Source of the DNA: a virus
Lineage: Duplodnaviria > Caudoviricetes
Direction: 5' to 3' (one strand)
Length of the DNA stretch: 31,394 bases
Virus record (IMG/VR): IMGVR_UViG_3300036719_001218
Location: 1 to 31,394 of that record
Each line of letters starts with the position of its first letter. Position 1 is the stretch's first letter. The position numbers were made by a program, and so were the translations under genes. The notes under the pieces are model-generated. The model searched no databases. It saw only the letters and a list, made by a program, of their open reading frames with translations, and was not told the origin of the DNA. Shown one piece after another: positions 8,373 through 17,005 of the stretch.

Positions 8373-8645
8373 TGTATCTGCTAAGTAACTTAAATAGTCG
8401 GACTTCCAATCTTGAATAGCAGATTCAATATCCACGTTAAGCGCATCACAAAGTTCATACGGGTCTGGTTCGATCTCTATTTCAACTTCGTTTTCGTTTT
8501 CATCGAATGTAGTAAACCTACCACGATAATCCACCTCCCCATCTTCATCAGTCCAAACATCACCTTCAAAGTCTATCCCATTTGGGTATTCTTTGTAGTC
8601 GAGTGCTAAGTCAGTTGCCTTGTTTGAAAAAAGTTCTATTCTCAT
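8367..8645 (-). CDS. Highly acidic hypothetical protein
   Basis: 92 aa, very D/E-rich; its stop codon coincides with the terminal GTTA of the cassette array. Confidence 0.7.
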   Translation of the reverse strand: MRIELFSNKATDLALDYKEYPNGIDFEGDVWTDEDGEVDYRGRFTTFDENENEVEIEIEPDPYELCDALNVDIESAIQDWKSDYLSYLADTE

Positions 8646-8779
8646 AACTTAGTTTTTAAGGCTTTTTGCATTAGTTTATCGGCTGTTACTTGGATAGCCC
8701 ATCCTTTTAATTCGGCTAACTCCTTTACCTTTTTAATGGTATCAGGGTCTAATTGCCATGTTACTTGTTGTTTGCTCAT
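8642..8779 (-). CDS. Ribbon-helix-helix (Arc/CopG-like) transcription regulator
   Basis: Not in ORF track. MSKQQVTWQLDPDTIKKVKELAELKGWAIQVTADKLMQKALKTKL: alternating beta strand, helix, G turn, helix. ATGA overlap with the next gene. Confidence 0.7.
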   Translation of the reverse strand: MSKQQVTWQLDPDTIKKVKELAELKGWAIQVTADKLMQKALKTKL

Positions 8780-8780
8780 G

Positions 8781-8891
8781 TTATTTGTTTAAATGGGTTA
8801 AAATTATTACCGATAGTATAAGTAGGGTAAAGCATACCACTAGTCCTTTAATTAGGCTTCGCTTGGCTCTTGTATTTGTAAAATCTCTCAT
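8781..8891 (-). CDS. Small single-pass membrane peptide (36 aa)
   Basis: MRDFTNTRAKRSLIKGLVVCFTLLILSVIILTHLNK; A-rich start region, first ORF after a promoter. Confidence 0.55.
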   Translation of the reverse strand: MRDFTNTRAKRSLIKGLVVCFTLLILSVIILTHLNK

Positions 8892-8917
8892 ATTTGTTTT
8901 TTCGTTTTTGAATACAG

Positions 8918-8949
8918 CAAAGTAAGCAATTATAATTATAATGTGCAAA
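8918..8949 (-). promoter_or_regulatory. Leftward early promoter with palindromic spacer
   Basis: Minus strand TTTG-N20-TTACTTTG (one mismatch to TAnnTTTG); spacer contains the palindrome ATTATAATTATAAT (8929-8942). Confidence 0.6.
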
Positions 8950-9354
8950 TATTAAATTGTTAAATATTTGTTAATGGTAAAAACGCCTTTTATTATGCTG
9001 TTTTATTCGATTAGACATGGCTTCGCTAGGTTGCACCTATCCCTAAAATAACAAAAGTCCTTTAAGTTAGTGCAACTGTTTAGCAATTATAGTAGTCCCC
9101 TATCCGATATAGTATTTTATATCTATTAGTTAATAGCACCGTACACCGGGTTCAAACCTATTAACGACCACCAACCATAAACCAACCTAGTGCAACTTGT
9201 TTACGGCCTTGATAATTACTCACTGCTTTAAATTACAAATTGAATTGGTGAAACTCAGTTATCGTGGAATCTCAAAATGTATAAAAAGCGTTTGTTTGAG
9301 TTGGTTGGCTTAACAGGCCGTTGAGTCTAACAAATATTAAACACTCAACTATGT

Positions 9355-9452
9355 AAAAAAGTGAAGCCCGGGAATGACTGTACGCGAATACGACCCGGGC
9401 CTTTGAAATAAATATTTTTAAGTTAGTTGTCATTATTCAATCATATTCGCAT
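9355..9452 (-). ncRNA. Candidate pseudoknotted leader/small RNA ending in a terminator-like hairpin
   Basis: Promoter directly upstream, GCCCGGG/CCCGGGC stem, U6 tract; the 5' end pairs with the hairpin loop. Confidence 0.5.
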
Positions 9453-9454
9453 CA

Positions 9455-9486
9455 CAAAACTATGTTTTAATTTTGTTATTTGCAAA
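9455..9486 (-). promoter_or_regulatory. Leftward promoter of a divergent pair
   Basis: Minus strand TTTG-N20-TAGTTTTG. Confidence 0.7.
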
Positions 9487-9503
9487 TCTTTTTTGTAAAT
9501 TTG
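9472..9503 (+). promoter_or_regulatory. Rightward promoter of a divergent pair
   Basis: TTTG (9472)-N20-TAAATTTG (9496-9503), 17 nt before ATG 9521. Confidence 0.75.
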
Positions 9504-9520
9504 CAATACAATAAGCAATC

Positions 9521-9760
9521 ATGGAAGGTAAAAAACTAGAGCCAACAGCGAGAAACATCATTTTTAAGTGGTGTCAAGAATATAAAGAAGACCCTAAAAA
9601 ATATTTAAAGCCGGGTATTTTAAGAATTATTGCCTATGCAGTTCGAGTAGGCCAGTACATAGGTATTCAACAAAGTAAGGACGCTTTACACGCTATAAAG
9701 GATGAGCCAAAAGAAGAAGGAGAAGCCGGAGGAATCAGTGAAGCCACAATTATCGACTAA
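9521..9760 (+). CDS. Hypothetical protein
   Basis: 79-aa ORF, first gene of the rightward operon. Confidence 0.6.
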   Translation: MEGKKLEPTARNIIFKWCQEYKEDPKKYLKPGILRIIAYAVRVGQYIGIQQSKDALHAIKDEPKEEGEAGGISEATIID

Positions 9761-9799
9761 ATGCCAATTATGCGGACATCATACCAAATGTAAAGAACA

Positions 9800-10432
9800 A
9801 TGCAAAAAACGGCCATCATAGTTTTAGAATATTTAGAGCAAAGTTTTCAACAAACATTGGATTGTTTAGTAGGATTAGATGCTGATATATTTTATGCTTA
9901 CCGTGATGGTGTTGGTTCAATGAGTAGAGCCTACAATGATGCGTATAAAAAGCACGTTTTAGGTATGCAATATGAGTTCGTCTGGTTTGTGAGTAATATT
10001 ACTTTTACCAAGATTGACTTTGATAACCTAGTAAACGGCATGGGTACTTATGGGGCTGTTCATCCTTCGTTTAATTCAGATCACAAACATATACAATGCG
10101 ATGGGTCAGGATTAGTTAAAGAGGTTAGTTTTATAGAGTTTACCGCTCCAATGTTTAGGACATGGGTATTTGAGAAATATATGTTAGATGAGGGTTATTG
10201 GTATTGGTTTTATGACTTGATAATCAGCAAGCGGATGCGTGAAGACGGTATAAAGATGGGAGTTAATCACGGAGTAAAAGTAGGCCATGCTTATCTAAGG
10301 AATAATAAAAAAGAGGAAATAAGCAAGATAAGGGAGAGTTTAAGGAATTGGAGGCATAAGATAGAGGTAAAGAAGTTGGAAGCTGAGTTTGGTAAAAATT
10401 GGAATCAAATACTATTCAAATATGAAAATTAA
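9800..10432 (+). CDS. Glycosyltransferase family 2-like protein
   Basis: GT-A-like N-terminus (IIVL, SRAYN, FVWFVSNI), LDEGYWYWFYDL and late His; lies in a glycosylation cluster. Confidence 0.6.
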   Translation: MQKTAIIVLEYLEQSFQQTLDCLVGLDADIFYAYRDGVGSMSRAYNDAYKKHVLGMQYEFVWFVSNITFTKIDFDNLVNGMGTYGAVHPSFNSDHKHIQCDGSGLVKEVSFIEFTAPMFRTWVFEKYMLDEGYWYWFYDLIISKRMREDGIKMGVNHGVKVGHAYLRNNKKEEISKIRESLRNWRHKIEVKKLEAEFGKNWNQILFKYEN

Positions 10433-11048
10433 AGGAGCAGACCACGAGATTAACTTTTGGAAAGACTTTGTTAAAACAGATCGTTTTTTGGAAGGATGGG
10501 CAAAAGATGTAAAGACCCCGGAACTAAATGATATTGTTTACGGGTTCTTAGTAGGGCATCCAAAGGCTAAAGTTTTAGATTGTGGTAGTGGAGTTGTTTC
10601 AATCCTAAATGGTACTGTTAAAAATGATGATTTAATTGTTTGCGATCTTTTAGGGGATGAATATGCAAAGATATTTAACTATGAGTTAATGGGCTGTAAA
10701 AAACCTGAGCCTTATGGGTGTGAGGACTTGCCGTATGAGAATGAATTTGATATTGTACATATAAGCAATGCGTTAGACCATACACAAGATGTTTTAACAA
10801 GTTATAACAAGCTGTTAGGAGCTGTAAAAAAAGGAGGCTTTTTAATTATACAAGGGTTCGAGAATGAAGGATTACAGGAAAAATGGCAGGGTTTCCATCA
10901 ATGGAATTTAAGTGTAACCGAAACAGGAACTTTAAGAGTTGAACATAAAAGCGGCAAGATTGACTATATTGATAGTGGATTGTTTTTTAAAAAGATTTGG
11001 ATTGAAATGTTAGGACGGGAGTGGTTTATTTTTATTGTACAAAAATGA
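10422..11048 (+). CDS. Class I SAM-dependent methyltransferase
   Basis: VLDCGSG, EDLPYENEFDIVHISNALDH, VKKGG; likely start ATG 10422. Confidence 0.8.
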   Translation: MKIKGADHEINFWKDFVKTDRFLEGWAKDVKTPELNDIVYGFLVGHPKAKVLDCGSGVVSILNGTVKNDDLIVCDLLGDEYAKIFNYELMGCKKPEPYGCEDLPYENEFDIVHISNALDHTQDVLTSYNKLLGAVKKGGFLIIQGFENEGLQEKWQGFHQWNLSVTETGTLRVEHKSGKIDYIDSGLFFKKIWIEMLGREWFIFIVQK

Positions 11049-11482
11049 GTAATATAAACGTAATAGTAACCGATTGTGATGGGGTTTTAACCGATGGTAA
11101 AACATGGATGACCCAGCATGGCGAAATATCCAAGGGTTTTAATACTAGGGATGTATCAGCAATCCGTGAAATGATAAGCATGGGATATGAGGTTTATATT
11201 GTAACCGCATCTTCATGGCCGGGTACTGAAAAATGGGCTAAAAAAACAGGTGCAACAGTTTTATACCTAAGGGATAAGCAGAAAGTAAAGGACTTAATAG
11301 GCAATAAGGCTTATATAGCGGTTGGTGATGATGTTTGGGATTTTGGATTATTGAAAGGTGCTTATAGGGCTTTTTGCCCAAGTGATAGTTTAGAGGCTAT
11401 AAAGGCTACTAAAGGAGTAACTATTTTAAGGACTGAGGGAGGTAAAGGAGTAATGGCTGAACTATTAAAGCATTTAGAATGA
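11045..11482 (+). CDS. kdsC: KdsC/YrbI-family HAD phosphatase (KDO-8-P / KDN-9-P phosphatase-like)
   Basis: DCDGVLTDG, KGFNTRD, VGDDVWD, GGKGVMAE; likely start ATG 11045. Confidence 0.75.
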   Translation: MSNINVIVTDCDGVLTDGKTWMTQHGEISKGFNTRDVSAIREMISMGYEVYIVTASSWPGTEKWAKKTGATVLYLRDKQKVKDLIGNKAYIAVGDDVWDFGLLKGAYRAFCPSDSLEAIKATKGVTILRTEGGKGVMAELLKHLE

Positions 11483-12450
11483 ATTTACTAATAAGCATAC
11501 CAGCATTTGCTAAACACGGAGGTATAAGAATACTTATCGAACTTGCTAACAGGCTATCGAAATGGCATAATGTAACGATCTATTCTTTACAGGGTTTGCA
11601 TGGTATTGAATATTGGAATATAAACGAAAAAGTAAAAGTAACTGATAAGATAGACTTTGAAGGTCAAGATACCTTATTAATAGGATCACCTCATACGATC
11701 CATTTACAAGATACTTTCAAAGGCAAAATTTTTATCCATCTGCAAATGATGGAACATTTATTTAGTGGTAATGCCAAATGGAAAGAGGAATGTGTTAAAA
11801 CGTACACAAGTAAACACCCATTAATGAGTATATCCGAGTGGAACATTGAACAGTTAAAAAACGTTTATAAAAGAACAGCCCCGACTTACTACATTGGAAA
11901 CGGCATAAACTATGATGAATTTCCGATTGACTTTAAGGAAAAAGACTTTAAAACAGTTTTAGTAGAAGGATGGAACGCTGGAAACCCGTCAAAAGATACC
12001 GAAAACATTGCCCCTAAAGTAGCTTTAAAACTAAAAAGGGAAGGTTATAATATTATCACGTATGGAAGGGAAGCCCCAAAGTATATGAGTTATGTGCCGG
12101 AGGAGGTTTACATAAGCCCAGACTTAAAAAGGTTAAATAGTCTTTACAGCCGTGCAACTATTTTGTTAAAGGCAAGTAAATATGATGCAAGGTCATGTAG
12201 TCCAATGGAAGCAATGACAAAAGGAACGGTAACAGCAAGGGCAATCATAAAAGGGGATGATGACTTGATAAACAACGTGAACTGCCTAAAGGTCGGATAT
12301 AGTGAGCAGCAACTTTACAAGGCGGCTAAAACACTCTTAACAAATAAGGAGGTTTACAAAAGTTTACAAAATGGATGTAAACCCGCTTTAGAGTACAATA
12401 ATTGGGATGAACGCATAAAAGAAATAAATAATATTTTAACAAATGGTTAA
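11479..12450 (+). CDS. Glycosyltransferase family 4 (GT-B)
   Basis: HGGIRILIELANRL, IGNGIN, LYSRATILLKAS.YD....SPMEAM. Confidence 0.8.
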   Translation: MNLLISIPAFAKHGGIRILIELANRLSKWHNVTIYSLQGLHGIEYWNINEKVKVTDKIDFEGQDTLLIGSPHTIHLQDTFKGKIFIHLQMMEHLFSGNAKWKEECVKTYTSKHPLMSISEWNIEQLKNVYKRTAPTYYIGNGINYDEFPIDFKEKDFKTVLVEGWNAGNPSKDTENIAPKVALKLKREGYNIITYGREAPKYMSYVPEEVYISPDLKRLNSLYSRATILLKASKYDARSCSPMEAMTKGTVTARAIIKGDDDLINNVNCLKVGYSEQQLYKAAKTLLTNKEVYKSLQNGCKPALEYNNWDERIKEINNILTNG

Positions 12451-12913
12451 ACAATTAGTTTTAGGAGCCGGAATAGGATGGAATAAACTACCAAACCAAA
12501 CATTAGTAGATATTATCCCAGCTGAAGGAATAGACTTAGTAACCGATTTAAACAACGATTGGCCTATAAAAGATAATGACTATCATTCTATCATAGCCAT
12601 TCACCTAATAGAACACCTAAATGACTTAAGGCACTTTATGAATGAAGCCCATAGGGTACTAATGCCCGGTGGAACTTTGTACATTGAAACACCAATAGCA
12701 GGGGAAGACCCGGACTTAGAATTTGCCGACCCAACCCATGTAAGATGCTACCGACCTCACACGTTTATTAACTATTTTTCAATCGAAGGGATAGCAAAGT
12801 TTGGATATACTGACAAGGCATGGGGAAACCTACATATTGAAAAAAAGGACAGCGTAATGATTATTCACTGTATGCCAATAAAAACAGAATTAATCACAAA
12901 CTCAATATACTAG
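12443..12913 (+). CDS. SAM-dependent methyltransferase (type 11-like)
   Basis: LVLGAG, HLIEHL, EAHRVLMPGG, DPTHVR. Confidence 0.8.
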   Translation: MVKQLVLGAGIGWNKLPNQTLVDIIPAEGIDLVTDLNNDWPIKDNDYHSIIAIHLIEHLNDLRHFMNEAHRVLMPGGTLYIETPIAGEDPDLEFADPTHVRCYRPHTFINYFSIEGIAKFGYTDKAWGNLHIEKKDSVMIIHCMPIKTELITNSIY

Positions 12914-12981
12914 GATATGTTAACACTACTAAAAGCAATAATAGAATTAAGAACAATTAACCACTATTGGAGATAATTTAC

Positions 12982-13009
12982 TATCTTTGTTATTTAGAAT
13001 CATTCTAAA
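12982..13009 (+). promoter_or_regulatory. Promoter -7 box with downstream palindrome
   Basis: TATCTTTG 12982-12989; TTTAGAAT-C-ATTCTAAA 12993-13009. Confidence 0.55.
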
Positions 13010-13018
13010 CTATATAAA

Positions 13019-14191
13019 ATGAACACAACAACCGTTAAAATATCAGAAATAAAATTTAACCCCAATAATCCGAGGCTTATAAAGGATGATAAGTTCCTAA
13101 AGTTGGTTAAGTCCATTTCCGAGTTCCCTGAAATGCTATCAATAAGACCAATAGTTGTCAATGAAGACATGGTTGTTCTTGGCGGTAATATGAGGCTAAA
13201 GGCTTGTAAGGAAGCTGGGCTAAAAGAAGTACCAATTATAAAGGTTACCAACCTAACAGAAGACCAACAGCGGCAGTTCATTATAAAAGACAACGTAGGC
13301 TTTGGTGAATGGGATTGGGAAATGATAGCCAATGAATGGGATGTTGAACAAGTAGCAGAGTGGGGCTTAGATATTCCTGACTTTGCAGGTAAGGTGTTGG
13401 ATGCTCAAGAAGATGATTTTGATGTTCCTGAAGGCGGGATTGAAACGGATATTGTTTTAGGCGATTTGTTTGAGATTGGGCAGCATAGGTTATTGTGTGG
13501 GGATTCAACAGATAGTGACCAAGTGGCAAAGCTAATGAACGGACAAAAGGCTGATATGGTATTTACAGACCCTCCTTATGGAGTTGACTATAAAGGAATA
13601 AATAACGATGATAGGGCTGGGCTTAAAGATTTACTTAATGCAGCGTTTTCCAACTACACAATAAATTCAAAAAGTGGAGCATCGGTTTATTGTTGTCATT
13701 CAGATAAATGCAGCGATATTTTTAATGAGGTTTTTAGGAATCATTGCCACTTTAGTTGTCAAATTATATGGGTAAAAGATACTTTAGTTATGGGGCGTGG
13801 AGATTACCATTCAAAGCATGAGCCTATCTTTTACGGTTGGATATTAGGTGGGTCGCACAAATTTGAGGGAGACAGAAAGCAAACATCGGTTTGGGAATTT
13901 GAAAGACCAAAGCGCAGTGAATGTCATAGCACAATGAAACCCGTAGGATTAGTAGCTAAAGGGATTTCAAACAGTAGTAAAGGTGAAGATTTGATTTTTG
14001 ATTTATTTCTTGGTTCGGGAACCACTATGGTTGCAGCCCACCAATTAAACCGTAAATGTTACGGCATGGAATTAGACCCTAAATACTGCCAAGTAATAGT
14101 AGACAGGATGTTAGCCTTAGACCCTACTATTGAGATAAAAAGGAATGGAGAAAAGTATATTCAAAACAGTAAAAAAGCAGTAAATGGCTAA
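13019..14191 (+). CDS. ParB-like domain fused to DNA adenine methyltransferase
   Basis: NPNNPR...RPIVV...GGNMRLKA...IIKDN (ParB/Srx domain); HRLLCGDST, FTDPPY, HSTMKPV, DLFLGSGTT. Confidence 0.9.
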   Translation: MNTTTVKISEIKFNPNNPRLIKDDKFLKLVKSISEFPEMLSIRPIVVNEDMVVLGGNMRLKACKEAGLKEVPIIKVTNLTEDQQRQFIIKDNVGFGEWDWEMIANEWDVEQVAEWGLDIPDFAGKVLDAQEDDFDVPEGGIETDIVLGDLFEIGQHRLLCGDSTDSDQVAKLMNGQKADMVFTDPPYGVDYKGINNDDRAGLKDLLNAAFSNYTINSKSGASVYCCHSDKCSDIFNEVFRNHCHFSCQIIWVKDTLVMGRGDYHSKHEPIFYGWILGGSHKFEGDRKQTSVWEFERPKRSECHSTMKPVGLVAKGISNSSKGEDLIFDLFLGSGTTMVAAHQLNRKCYGMELDPKYCQVIVDRMLALDPTIEIKRNGEKYIQNSKKAVNG

Positions 14192-14498
14192 CCCAAAAGG
14201 AAACCCGCAAAACTTTAAGCCTTTTAAAAAGGGACAGTCAGGTAATCCAAAGGGGAGGCCTAAGAAATTACCTCACCTAGAGGAGCTGTTAAAGGAGGTT
14301 TTAGGAGAGGAAAAAAACAACATAACATTGATGCAGGCTATAATTATGAAGATAGCCAATAAAGCTGTGTCAGGTGATATTAATGCAGCTAAGATATTAC
14401 TAGAGTATGCTTATGGTAAGGCAAAGGAGAGTGTTGTTAGGGAGGTAGCAGAAGTAAAGACAATTATATTTAGGCATGAGCCGTTAGATGAGGAGTAA
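14184..14498 (+). CDS. Terminase small subunit-like protein
   Basis: FKKGQSGNPKGRPK and A..GD..AAK.LLEYAYGK; directly before terL. Confidence 0.75.
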   Translation: MANPKGNPQNFKPFKKGQSGNPKGRPKKLPHLEELLKEVLGEEKNNITLMQAIIMKIANKAVSGDINAAKILLEYAYGKAKESVVREVAEVKTIIFRHEPLDEE

Positions 14499-15819
14499 GT
14501 ACGTTCTACATAAAAAGCAAAAGAAAGCACTCAATTTAATAACAGCCCCATTAGTTAGGATAGCTGCCTATGTAGGTGGTATTCGATCTGGTAAGACAAT
14601 CGTTGGAAGCCATTTAGCCTTAGAAATGATATTGCACCGTGAAAACGAATTAGGTGGGATATTCTCCAATACTAATAAGCAGTTAACAAAGGCAACCTTA
14701 AAAGAGTTTAAAGGGGTGTTAGCATCGTATGGGTTATATGAAGGTGAGGACTACTTAGTGAATAAGAACCCAGAACGGATGTTTAACTATCGGTCAAAGT
14801 TTACCGATCATAGTGGGGTTTGGTCATTTTGGAACGGGGCGCAAGTATTTACATTCTCACTTGAAACACAAATAAGAGGTATTGAATTAGGATGGTCATG
14901 GGGCGATGAAATACAGGATAGTGATCGTAAGGACTTGGATGTGGTATTAGGTCGTATGAGTGGTAGCGATAACCCAAAAACATTTTACACGCTAACCCCT
15001 CCCGGTGCTAACCCGGATATTGATGAGTTAGTTTACGGGGATGATGCAATACCTACCGTATTTGGAACTACCTATGATAATGTTAAAAACCTACCAGCAG
15101 GATATATTGAAAGTTTAGAGAAGATGTATGATAAGTACACCTTTGCCCGTGAGGTAATGTGTGAACGTGTAACTATGGCAGGGTTTAATTGGCTTTATTC
15201 TTTTGAGAGGGCTAAGCACGTAAGCGATAGGGCTATTTACCAGCCTAACCAATTAGTGTATGTTTCATTTGACTTTAACACGAATCCTTATGTTTGCGTA
15301 CTTTCCCATAGAGGTTATAACCCTGATACACAAAAACAGTACATTCATTATTTTGATAGCATTGAACTAACACCAAACATGATACAGGGTAAAGAGTATA
15401 TTACGGCTATTGTAGATGAGATTAAGGCACGTACACCAAGCCAAGCCAAAGTAAATGCCTACATGATAACAGGCGATGCAAGTGGAAGGAGTCAAAGTGT
15501 ATTAACTAAGGTAGGTGCAACTGCATGGAGTATGGTAATGGATGCGTTTAATATAAGCCCACAGGCGATAGTCGTACCACGTAAGAACAGCACTCACATA
15601 GATAGCCGGGTGTTATGTAATTCGATCTTTAGTAACTTCCCTGAGTTGTTAATCCATCCAAAGAATAAGAATCTAATAAGGGATTGTGAGTTTGTAAAGG
15701 CTAAGAATGATGGAAGTATTATGAAGGATAACCGGGCAAACGTATTAGAACAGGCGGATTTATTCGATGCGTTACGGTATGACTTAGCCACGTTTAATGC
15801 AGATTGGATTAGAATTTAA
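14488..15819 (+). CDS. terL: Terminase large subunit
   Basis: Walker A GGIRSGKT, Walker B WGDE, TLTP; nuclease domain FDFN, GDASG, DLFDALRY. Confidence 0.9.
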   Translation: MRSKYVLHKKQKKALNLITAPLVRIAAYVGGIRSGKTIVGSHLALEMILHRENELGGIFSNTNKQLTKATLKEFKGVLASYGLYEGEDYLVNKNPERMFNYRSKFTDHSGVWSFWNGAQVFTFSLETQIRGIELGWSWGDEIQDSDRKDLDVVLGRMSGSDNPKTFYTLTPPGANPDIDELVYGDDAIPTVFGTTYDNVKNLPAGYIESLEKMYDKYTFAREVMCERVTMAGFNWLYSFERAKHVSDRAIYQPNQLVYVSFDFNTNPYVCVLSHRGYNPDTQKQYIHYFDSIELTPNMIQGKEYITAIVDEIKARTPSQAKVNAYMITGDASGRSQSVLTKVGATAWSMVMDAFNISPQAIVVPRKNSTHIDSRVLCNSIFSNFPELLIHPKNKNLIRDCEFVKAKNDGSIMKDNRANVLEQADLFDALRYDLATFNADWIRI

Positions 15820-15836
15820 TTTTGTATCTTTGTGTT

Positions 15837-16412
15837 ATGGCAAACTATACCACCGATCAATACATTAAGAAGCTACAAAAGACGGCTAAGAAATTAGACA
15901 TTAAGCCTTTTTACGAGGCTACTAATGAGATAATCATAATGCAGTCTGAAAGGATATTCAACAAGGGGATAGATAGTAAAGGTTCAGCTATTGGGCAACT
16001 GTCAACTACACCTACCTATATTTCATTAAGGCAGTCACCACGTAAGTTCAGCCCTAAAGGTAAGAATGGGGAAACCAAGTTTAAGAATGGTAAGATGCAT
16101 AGGTCAGGTTATTTTGCAGGTGGGTACTATGCGTATAAGCAAACAGTAGGCAAAGCGGTGGCAGGAAGGAACATAAACTTGTGGCTTAGTGGTAACTTTA
16201 AACGAGGGTTCTTAAATAGTGCCAACCCTATTAAGGTAATGAATAACGGATTCGAGATTGTTTATAGCGTAAGACATGATGGGGGAAACCCCAAAGGCAA
16301 GGTAGAAGGAATAGTGGATAACTACCCATTAGCGTTTAAGTTAAGCAAAAAGGAACGTGAATATATCTTACAAAAGTTTACCGATATATTTGTAAATGCC
16401 ATAGTAAAGTAG
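15837..16412 (+). CDS. Putative virion morphogenesis / tail completion protein
   Basis: Basic protein with RIF..G.D..G..IG, INLWLSG and F.LSKKE motifs; likely start ATG 15837. Confidence 0.5.
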   Translation: MANYTTDQYIKKLQKTAKKLDIKPFYEATNEIIIMQSERIFNKGIDSKGSAIGQLSTTPTYISLRQSPRKFSPKGKNGETKFKNGKMHRSGYFAGGYYAYKQTVGKAVAGRNINLWLSGNFKRGFLNSANPIKVMNNGFEIVYSVRHDGGNPKGKVEGIVDNYPLAFKLSKKEREYILQKFTDIFVNAIVK

Positions 16413-16424
16413 TATTTTTGTGGT

Positions 16425-17003
16425 ATGCTCAAAGATGTAATTGATAACCGCAATATAGAGATAGCAACCTTAAACCTATTTAAAGAGGTTAAAGGGTTAT
16501 GTGATTTCATAGGCCAAACTAAAGATGACGGAACGGTTCAAACATTCCCAGCGATATACACAGGTAAAGATTCTTATAAGTTTGTAACTCAATACGACTT
16601 TAGGAGTGGGGTTTTATTCCACGTTCAAACCGAATCAACAAACATTGAAGTATTATTAGAGCAAGGGTTAAGGGCTAACAACGATCTATTAAGAATGACC
16701 TACCCAATGCAATGTATAGCCATTGTAGGAAAGTCAAAGATAAACGATACAGCTTACACCCCTGAGGAAATAGGGCTTAACATCATTCATAAGTTAAGGG
16801 GCAATATAAACTCATTAAGAACTACCTTAAACCTAAACTCTATTAACGTGGAGGTGGGAACAATAAACACCGATAGCAAAGAAATAGATAATATCTTCCA
16901 GAATGTAGAGTTAAAGTTCAGGCATGATTTAGCCTTAGTTGTAATTGACTACAATGTGATATTGGATGGATATGATAATTGTTTTGAAACATATACTTGT
17001 TAA
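16425..17003 (+). CDS. Putative tail terminator/structural protein
   Basis: 192 aa; call rests on position and size only. Confidence 0.4.
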   Translation: MLKDVIDNRNIEIATLNLFKEVKGLCDFIGQTKDDGTVQTFPAIYTGKDSYKFVTQYDFRSGVLFHVQTESTNIEVLLEQGLRANNDLLRMTYPMQCIAIVGKSKINDTAYTPEEIGLNIIHKLRGNINSLRTTLNLNSINVEVGTINTDSKEIDNIFQNVELKFRHDLALVVIDYNVILDGYDNCFETYTC

Positions 17004-17005
17004 AC

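Noticed and set aside
912-8609. Plus-strand ORFs in the left arm (912, 2554, 3478, 4418, 4597, 7003, 7686, 8044, 8412) and nested minus ORF 7628-7819
   Set aside because: They are shadows of well-supported minus-strand genes and carry no recognisable motifs.
8367-8650. Gene 8367-8645 as a third cassette
   Set aside because: A TAAC exists near 8645, but it is not complementary to GTTATTC beyond 4 nt and no hairpin follows.
9140-9165. GGGTTCAAACC resembling a tRNA T-arm
   Set aside because: No acceptor, D or anticodon arms can be built around it.
9272-9433. 53-aa minus-strand ORF MTTNLKIFISKARVVFAYSHS...
   Set aside because: It runs through the hairpin and U tract with no protein-like motif; the RNA structure explains the sequence better, though a leader peptide is not excluded.
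9355-9452. HDV-like/theta ribozyme interpretation of the pseudoknot
   Set aside because: No P3/L3 or P1.1 elements between the stem and the loop pairing, and no adjacent tRNA.
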